DNA of 64,000 nucleotides, taken from assembly GCF_964355755.1 (NCBI RefSeq), contig NC_092676.1, positions 28,476,871 to 28,540,870 on the forward strand. The letters run 5' to 3'. A model generated the notes under the pieces. It was not told the DNA's origin. It was given only the letters and a program-made list of their open reading frames with translations, and did not search any database. The DNA is from Antedon mediterranea. Lineage: Eukaryota > Animalia > Echinodermata. Shown here piece after piece: positions 55,436 to 64,000 of the stretch; positions within the stretch are counted from its first letter, which is position 1; the number at the start of each line of letters is the position of its first letter. The translations under genes were made by a program, and so were the position numbers.

Positions 55436-58400
55436 TCATTTGTATATCTCATCACCCCACTGAAAATATTTGTGATGGATAGGAGCAAGGTAACAGTAGG
55501 GGTAGGAGCCTCGTTGACCCTTAGCCATACGAACTGTCACCCAGCCAGCTTCCACGTTTGACATTTGAATTGCAATCTGAATCAAAAAGAAAGTTTTACT
55601 ACTTTATTAAAATAATCAATATCTACGAAATAGGACCAATAATGAGTCGCTGAGTGGTTGGGCAGGGGGGCGGCACACTGTAGCCATACAATCGGCACAT
55701 GTTCAAGGCTTCCTTCAACCAAGTCTAAAATTGCACTTTAAACTGGAGGTCTACTGTACATATCTGGTTTATCTTCTTTTTAATAGTGAAGGCTGGTACA
55801 ACGTAACAGTACTTTTGAATGCATCTGTACCAGTGTAAGGTATTTGAAGCAAATGTACATTATTCTAATATGCCTCAATGAATATTAATGCTCTTAGGAT
55901 CTGTATCTCTTTCTAGTTTGTGCTTAAGTGCTACTGTACACCTACCTGATCACGTCGTAAGTTTAAGCCATCTGGTCTTTCAAGATTTCCTTTGTGAGAT
56001 CTCGTCACCCTCAGAGCTCGTTCCCAGCGCTGGATGGGCTCGACACAGAATGCTGGGAAAAATCCAACTTTATTATCCAATTCACCCTGATAACAATAAT
56101 ATTTAAAAAAAATGTTATTATCTGTAATAGTTATGTAGCAAAACACAGTTTTTATTGCAAGTTTGGTGGTGTACCAGTATGAATGCTACAGTAGGCTACT
56201 GATCTAGAAACAATATACTGAGTATTTGGTACAATTACGGCAGAATTGGGTATAACTAACTCCTTATTTGCTAATCTTTCTGCAATAGTACGCAAGTGTG
56301 TCTATGGTTTTAGAATAAGAGTTTTGAATAGTGAAAATGATCTTGTTAGGTTCACTACAAACTATCTGTTACATTAATTTTCTGTTTTGTATTGTTTGTT
56401 GTATATAATTATGGAATTTTTATTCTGAAATAAAGTGATCAATCAATCATAAATGTCAATATTGCAGTACCTTCCACCATTCTGAACTTGAAGAGTCCAA
56501 TAAATACACCTTATCTCCAGCCCTGAAAATAATAATAATAATAATATAAACATGAAAATATTAAACCAGTGTTTATATAAATGTATAATTGTTAATGTAA
56601 TCAAACTGGTTCGTAAAATAGAAAAAAAAAAGTCCTTTGCTTGTTTGATTGTTATTTATTTGGTGTTGTAAGACGATTAAAACTTTTTTTTTTATCTGTG
56701 ACTATTTTAATTGCTATATTATTTATTCACTCATAAGCCAGAATTGGCTAGTCTTACGTTGTAAACAAGAACGTGATTAAATAAATAAATACAAATACAA
56801 CACAAGACAAAAGAACATCGACAAAGTCCACGATTACAAACATTTCTTAATTTTGGATTTAAATAAAGATAAACAATTAAAGAATTAAGGCAAAAATAAT
56901 GGGGAAAAGAGATTGTTTATAATATTATTATATTATTAAGGATGCTTTCTAACCACATGGAAACACAATTTAGCCTAACAAGTAATCAAATCACATGATG
57001 AAAAGGTCAAGTACATCGGAGTTAAAACTTACGAGAATGTCAGGTCCTCGGGAACCGATCCTTCAAAGTTATACAAAGCAATACATTCTGTTGCTAACGG
57101 CTGATTTGAAGACATTATATCCTATAAATAAATAAAGAAATAAAGCAATACATTCTGTTGCTAACGGCTGATTTGAAGACATTATATCCTATGAATAAAG
57201 TAATGAAACATACAGAAATTAAATAGAGAAATTACAAGTATTGTAGTAGTAGCAACAGATATTATAGGCTCAACATTTCTCTCAATTTAAAGGTATCAAT
57301 CTAAAGCCTTGTCTACACTATCAAACCTGAAAATGTGATTTGATGTATGGACATGATGATGTGATATCACTACCATATTTGGTCATATCACTACCATATT
57401 TGCAAACATCACATTTTTTTTTCAAACTAGTTTCATATTGTAGACAGAGCTTTAAAGCACTATAACATTGTATTAGGCGCTATATAAGACTACCATTACT
57501 ATTATTATTTATATATATTTTACCTTGGAAGACGCATTAAGGGAATTACTTGGTGACCTGCTAAGTGTCCTGTTTGACCCGTACCCATCGTAGCGACTTG
57601 CCGACAGGCTTGTACTTGCCCCTTGTTCTCCCTAGACAAAAACAACAATAATCAAATGGATCAAAACAATGCTATAGTATACTGGATCAATAACGCAGAT
57701 GGTAACAATTGGTTTGAAAGAAATAAATTAATTTAATATAGTATACTTTTATTATACATAATTGTTATTTGTTTATGCTACAATTATTTTATGCTTATTA
57801 TTTCAAAATAATATTGTATATTTTTTAATATTATATTTAGGTTGTTAAAAATAAAATAGAAACAGTAAACTAAAATAATTGATTGTGATTCTAAATTTGT
57901 TTAGTTAAATAGAGTTTTACAAATTCAAATTATTCTCAGTGTGTGAGTTTAATTTATTATATTATTACCGTATATTTATATTAAATTTGAATGGAGTTCA
58001 TAGACAAATATAATCTATAATCAACGGCTCACTTAAATCATTTTTTATCGGCTAACTAGAACTGATTGACTTTCTAATGGTCATATAAAATTCCAGGAGC
58101 CACCAATGGACAGTTGACCAATGTGATGTTTGAAGCCGTGTGTTACATGAAAGCTTAGTTCCCACGTGAATCCAAAGATGTAGTCGCAACCCGAGTGAGT
58201 TGGCCAATGACAAGTGACAGTTTGATTGATCCATTGCATTCTGATTGGTCAAATCACTTACCAAGTAGAAACTAAGCTTAAAATAGTAGACTTTTATAAT
58301 GCAAACTGATGTATTCATCACATTGGAGAAATTAGTTAAATTCACCAACAGTTTGATTGAGATGGTCAGTTTGATTGAGATGGTCAGTTTGATTGAGATG

Positions 58401-61144
58401 GTCAGTTTGATTGAGATGGTCAGTTAATTTTACAGCCATTATGACCACTACACCAGAAATAAACTAAATAATGTTCTCCAGTGAAAAGTACAATTATTTC
58501 CAATGAGTAGAAACTTAAATATACATAAGCCTATCAAATTACATTTTAGTGTATTGGCTGAAGTTTCTATGTAATATATAAACGTCTGTAAAGTGACAGG
58601 TAAAAGTGTTTTATTTGTTCACCGACAGATGTGCAAGATCTTTAAATGTCAAACGCTGAAATTAGATCTTTATTTTGTTGATTGGTATAGTTTCCTTAAC
58701 CCCTATGATGCTACATACTAAACATAAACAAGTCATTGTATTATACAGCTAAATGCTTCATGTCAAGACAGAAATGTTTAAAATATCCTATTTATTTTGC
58801 CTACAGAGAAAGCTACAGAGATGGTTAGTTTTATCTTCATCTTCTCAGACTCCTGCTTCTGTTTTGTTTTACCATATTTAAATGTATTGTAATTTTCAAA
58901 GACTAACTAAATAAAGAATTATTAAATGAATGTATTTTAAAATGAGAGCGAATAAAGCACATAGTTTAAAGCCTGAAATGTTATTACATCATATTTTAAA
59001 GCTGCAGTAGCACACAAATACAATTAATAATTCTAGAATTGCAAAATAAATAAAAAATGATACTCATAGTTGGGAAGCAGAGTACAATTAAAAAGTAAAT
59101 CCTTAATAAAAATTACATACAACATTGTAATTTTGGTTTATATTTTGTTTAAAAATTTTTATTTTTTATCAAATTTTACACTAATTTGTAAGAGATGTCG
59201 TGAAGCGTAACAAATCCCTATTGGAGCAGGATTATCAATTGTGACACAAAATGTCTAAAATCGGAAAGATAATCTGTAAATAAGCCAAATAAATATATAT
59301 ACCTTAGGGTCACGGGACAAAACAACGTGACCAATAGGAGAACCTCTAAACATATACGCTTCGGAATCATCAGCTTGATCAATTTCCGATTGTTGTCTAC
59401 GAGGCTACAGAGACAACAAGAATACATGCAAAGAATGAAACAAGAGCGCAAGAAGCAAGATAATACAGAATTAAAGATTATTGGAAACAATGCAGATACT
59501 ATGGCAATATAACATATACAGTACTTGACTCATGGAGGTATTCTATTTTTACACCTCCATGCTTGACTTAAGCTCTGTCTACACTATCAAACTTTATGTG
59601 ACAAAAAATGTGATGTGACCATATATGGACATGATGATGTCATATCACTACAATATTTTAGGTATATCACTACAGTACCATATTTAGGTATATCACTACC
59701 ATGCAGTATTTGTACACATCACACATTTTTTGTCAAACGTCTAGTTTGATAGTGTAGACAGAGCTTTAGTTTAAGGACATGGGGCTGATGCAATGTTTGT
59801 ATTGTGTCTAAAACTCTGTCTACACTATCAAACTTTATGTGAAAACAAAATGTGATGTGCCCATATATGGACATGATGATGTCAATCACCATATTTGGGC
59901 ACATGACACTTGTTTTGCAAAACTAGTTTGATAGTGTAGACAGAGCTTAAGAATTAAAACATGCATCTGAAAGTTGGGCTAAATTTATATAATGAATATA
60001 AAATAATAATTATACTAGATGTTAATTATAACACCTTTTAGAGAGAGATTTATTTTTGATATTAGCATAGTATGGCTATGTTGGATCATATCAGAACTGG
60101 GGTCATTCCGTCAAATACAGTATTAAAGATAAGCACAAGATCTATCATACAAACATTATTGACAAAGCTAAAATATTGCAAAATATAATTTCATGCACAT
60201 ATTATGAATAATAATTCATTAAAAATAAAACTCCAAAGATGTATTTGCGTCATATACAAGGCTACACAAACATCATTAGCACGAGTACATTTATCATGCA
60301 ACATTGAATGATTTCAAAAATACATAATCCTCCGCACTCACTCTGTAACCATAGCAACCGCCTCCTCTTGCCGTAGCCTCTGAAAACAGAAACAAGTATT
60401 ATAATATTTCATGTGTATTTTGTAACAAATTATGCTATAATCAAAAGGAAATTGAAGGTGATTTATCAAATAATGTATCTAGAAAATTGTTTTAGCTTCG
60501 CAAACAGCTGCTCTGTTTCATTTTGAGTGATCATTGAGCAGACGCAACTTGGAATACAATATACACATTCAATTCATTGCTTAAAAGGTGGAATAAATTC
60601 TAAGAAAAAAAACTATCTGACAATTAAAGGTGAGAAACCTATCTATTATAAACAATTACTGCAATTAGTTTGCGAGAGTTTAAGTTGATACAAACAAAAA
60701 AAGAATCAAAGAAATTTAAAGCTGTTATAAAAAACTATGAATAATAAAGATGAATAAAATCTAACTTTGAATAGGCTATTTTGTAAATATTATTACTTTG
60801 TCCAACAAAAATTAACAAAAATAATGATTTGTATATGAAAAAAAATTAAATAAATAGGTAAATGTAACTAGGAACTCATTGACTTCTGTTCAACTAATTT
60901 TTCTTTAAAATTAATTTTTTTTCTGACCCAATTTTTGGTCAACATAAATAACTATTATGTATAAATGGCTGATTTGAAAATAATTTATAAGTACTCACGA
61001 GGTTCAGCATCCAATGACATACTTTTCCCGTAATTTTTCAACATCTTGCGTCGAGAAGAGGCCGGACTATCAACATTAGGAGAAACAAAATAAAAGTCAG
61101 ACTCACCTTTGTTATACGTTTTCCATCTTTTAAATGTAACTGGT
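55436..61144 (-). CDS. STAC-family (SH3 and cysteine-rich domain) adaptor, 3' portion with tandem SH3 domains; 5' exons not identified
   Basis: Phase-consistent exons 61144-60999, 60379-60342, 59404-59303, 57631-57524, 57121-57033, 56522-56471, 56086-55946 and 55576-55436 (stop). SH3-1 is CIALYNFEG..EDLTFSAGDKVYLLDSSSSEWWKGELDNKVGFFP. It is followed by ERALRVTRSHKGN..LNLRRDQIAIQ..AGWVTV, resembling the STAC second SH3. The C1 domain is not seen in the window. Confidence 0.8.
57305..57451. mobile_element. MITE family A copy
   Basis: Both TIRs, two internal repeats. Confidence 0.8.
58348..58405. repeat. 18-bp tandem repeat (CAGTTTGATTGAGATGGT)3
   Basis: Three exact copies. Confidence 0.9.
59571..59765. 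mobile_element. MITE family A copy
   Basis: Both TIRs, TTA TSD. Confidence 0.85.
59812..59947. mobile_element. MITE family A copy
   Basis: Both TIRs, TAA TSD; lies 46 bp from the previous copy. Confidence 0.85.
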
Positions 61145-61571
61145 CTAAAAACCAGGGTTGATAATTATATTAGTTTATTAAATGATACAATATTAAGAAT
61201 TAATATATTAAAAATTGTAAATAGAATGTTAGAATGAGAGGTCAGAGGTCATGCAAAGAATGAAGGGAAGGTGTTGAAAACAGAAGATGGATAAAGTTGC
61301 AAACAGATAAGTTCAAGATAAAGGAAAGAAGTTTTTACAGATGGTTCCCAAGTTCCATGAGCAATTTAAGTGGAAGATAAAAGAAAGAAAAGATGGTTTT
61401 CTCATTAGAATAGGATCAACTGTAATGCTGAAAAGATGAATATTTATCAATGTAATAGTTTTTATTAAAAATAATTAAAAGTGTTGATGGTTTTGATCAA
61501 TTTATGATAATTAAAGATGACAATCTTTATTATGATAGTGTAGAAGGCGTCCTTTGAAACTCTTCTATACA

Positions 61572-61940
61572 TACAGTTATGCGGTGTGACATCACAACGA
61601 TAGATGGCACTGCGTGATTGCTACGCAACCAAAAATGCATTCAACGCTACTATGCTGATAAACTATAGATATCTGTATTTCTATCAAATTATGTATCTTA
61701 GCTTGACTTTTTTAAACTTAAACTGTAGTTGAAGAATAAATAGATTATTAAAATCAAATATTTAGTGATCTTTTGAAATTTTATTTTGTTTTTATTGAAA
61801 ATGATTAAGTTTTAAAATGATTACTTCAATAAGCCTATTCCAAACATTGGTGACCTTGGAGTCACTCGGGCAGGTTGCAAGTTTTCTAGCTACGAAACAG
61901 CGCCATCTACAGTTGTGACGTCAGCACTGCAGAACTCTAT
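61572..61940. mobile_element. Degraded TIR element (~370 bp)
   Basis: Imperfect ~40-bp inverted ends AGTT.TGC.GTG.TGAC.TCACAAC..TAGATGGC.CTG. Confidence 0.55.
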
Positions 61941-62099
61941 ACACCTCTATTTACACAGACGAGCGGTAAGGGTAAGCGGAGAACCGCGTAGCCTGTCCCA
62001 CATAGAATCTGTATCTATCCTGAGTATAAACTACTCATGCACTCAACATTTTGTGTAAATGGTCCTAAGAAATAACATAGATTCTATATTTCACCATTA

Positions 62100-62694
62100 T
62101 TAGTTGGGTCCCCGGCAGGGGGGCCACTTTAAGGGGACACTTAGTTGGGTCCCAGGGGGCCACTTTAAGGGGACACTTAGTTGGGTCCCAGGGGGGCCAC
62201 TTTAAGGGGACACTTAGTTGGGTCCCAGGGGGGCCACTTTAAGGGGGGACACTTAGTTGGGTCCCAGGGGGCCACTTTAAGGGGACACTTAGTTGGGTCC
62301 CAGGGGGGCCACTTTAAGGGGACACTTAGTTGGGTCCCAGGGGGGCCACTTTAAGGGGGACACTTAGTTGGGTCCCAGGGGGTCCACTTTAAGGGGACAC
62401 TTAGTTGGGTCCCAGGGGTCCACTTTAAGGGGACACTTAGTTGGGTCCCAGGGGGGCACTTTAAGGGGACACTTAGTTGGGTCCCAGGGGGGCCACTTTA
62501 AGGGGAAACTTAGTTGGGTCCCAGGGGGGAGGGGCACTTTAAGGGGACACTTAGTTGGGTCTTTAAGGGGACACTTAGTTGGGTCCCAGGGGGCCCACTT
62601 TAAGGGGGACACTTAGTTGGGTCCCAGGGGGGGCCACTTTAAGGGGGACACTTAGTTGGGTCCCAGGGGGGCCACTTTAATAGAGGTTCTACTG
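62100..62694. repeat. ~36-bp G-rich minisatellite (CACTTAGTTGGGTCCCAGGGGGCCACTTTAAGGGGA)~16 ending in a pogo-like TIR
   Basis: Tandem array; terminates TTAATAGAGGTTCTACTG|TA. Confidence 0.92.
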
Positions 62695-64000
62695 TATGTA
62701 TATATATATATTATGTTTTTTTTTCTTTGATATGAACATATGTTCACCAACACACAACACTCCTGTACTTTTGCTGTGATAACATCAGGGACATATCAAA
62801 TATATTCCTCACTCAATCAACCCAACAACCTTAAGTGTTTGCTTTTAACATTTACCATACTTTAATCACAATCTAATTAATGCATATACAAGTGTACACA
62901 ATTATAGTGTAATCAAAACCTATATGTAGGCTATAGTTTAAATATTTTGGTTAATCATCAACTTGTATAACAGCGGTGATAGAAAGCCTGGAAAAATATG
63001 TATGAAAAATATGCTGAGACAAAACTGTGCTGAATTCTTGCTAGGCCAGTGCATGTGATGGGTAAATGTACTTTTAGCAGCCAAAGACATACAGCACTAT
63101 AAATAGAACATTATGTTGAAGAACCTTCAACAAAATTACTATAATGACATTATCACATTTGTATATATTCTTAATTGAGATAATCAATATATTTGGATTT
63201 ACATTTTCTGTAAAATTAGTTGAATATAATTGATTAAACAAATTGTATTTGTATTTAAAAAACTTTAAATTGTTTAAAATATGTATTTTAGTATATGAAT
63301 CATGGAAAGGCAAATTACTGAAAATTGACAATGCTGTGGGTATCAGTGGCTGGATCTCAATTGAGTTACAAAATATAATAAGCATTGAAAATGACAATGC
63401 TGTGGGTATCACTGGCTCTCAATGGAGATACAAAATAAAATAAGCAAAAAGCTAAATCAAAACGATAAAGTAAAGCAGCCCGAAAAATTAGCAGAGCTTT
63501 CAGGCAACACTAGCTCTTCATCGGTGCAAGTACAGCTTGTAGTATGTACTTGTATTATATGTATACAATTGCATATGTATTGTATAAAATAAACAGTAAT
63601 GATTTACGATAGATACAAACTGTTTACAGTACAATATTTATTTTCAAACATTTAATTGTAATGGTATCACTTAAAATCTCCATTATATAATATGATAGCC
63701 AACGGAATATACATGTTTCTAAATCTATTTAATTGTTTAAAATGTATTTGTGTATTTGTGCTATTATTACTGATAAAATGATTTTGATGACTGTATTATG
63801 TTGAGCGCTGATGTCATTGGTAATATTTCACATATAGAACACTAAATTGTTACTTTTCACATATAATTTATCTATGAAAAAATAGCAAAAAATAAATAAC
63901 AAAATACAGAATATAGCTTAGGTTTACAGCAAGCTGTTTTTTTTTATAAATAAAGGTAATTTTCAAGCTTATTCTTGTTTATTTAGCTGTTCTCGATTGA

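Noticed and set aside
58052-58348. 98-aa minus-strand ORF with an internal GTAAGT donor in a STAC-like intron
   Set aside because: No convincing acceptor or homology; the gene splices in frame without it.
62364-62616. Repetitive ORFs on both strands
   Set aside because: Translation of the ~36-bp minisatellite.

Overview
AT-rich, intron-containing animal genomic DNA, not prokaryotic; probably a marine invertebrate (an echinoderm-like origin is an inference). By hand-splicing exons I recover six protein-coding genes: BCL9/legless (+, 20271-28784), PINX1 (-, 35245-38623), PLK1 (+, 39166-44174), PIGV (-, 45332-47124), TADA3 (+, 47389-50654) and the 3' part of a STAC-like tandem-SH3 gene (-, 55436-61144, 5' end not found). 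PINX1/PLK1 and PIGV/TADA3 are head-to-head pairs. The first 20 kb has no recognisable coding exons and is probably BCL9 upstream/5'-intron sequence. Non-coding DNA is dense in non-autonomous DNA transposons: about 17 copies of one Harbinger/Tourist-like MITE, plus Tc2-like, Mutator-like, pogo-like and nested elements. It also holds retroelement tails, a tRNA-derived SINE head and several minisatellites. Best leads: a candidate poison exon and a GC-AG intron in PINX1; a G2/M-type (33-bp-spaced CCAAT + CHR) promoter shared by PLK1 and its reported substrate PINX1; a minimal Penelope-type hammerhead ribozyme relic; minisatellites grown from MITE ends; and a duplicated splice acceptor plus an alternative donor in the STAC-like gene. 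All calls are by eye; no database searches were run.
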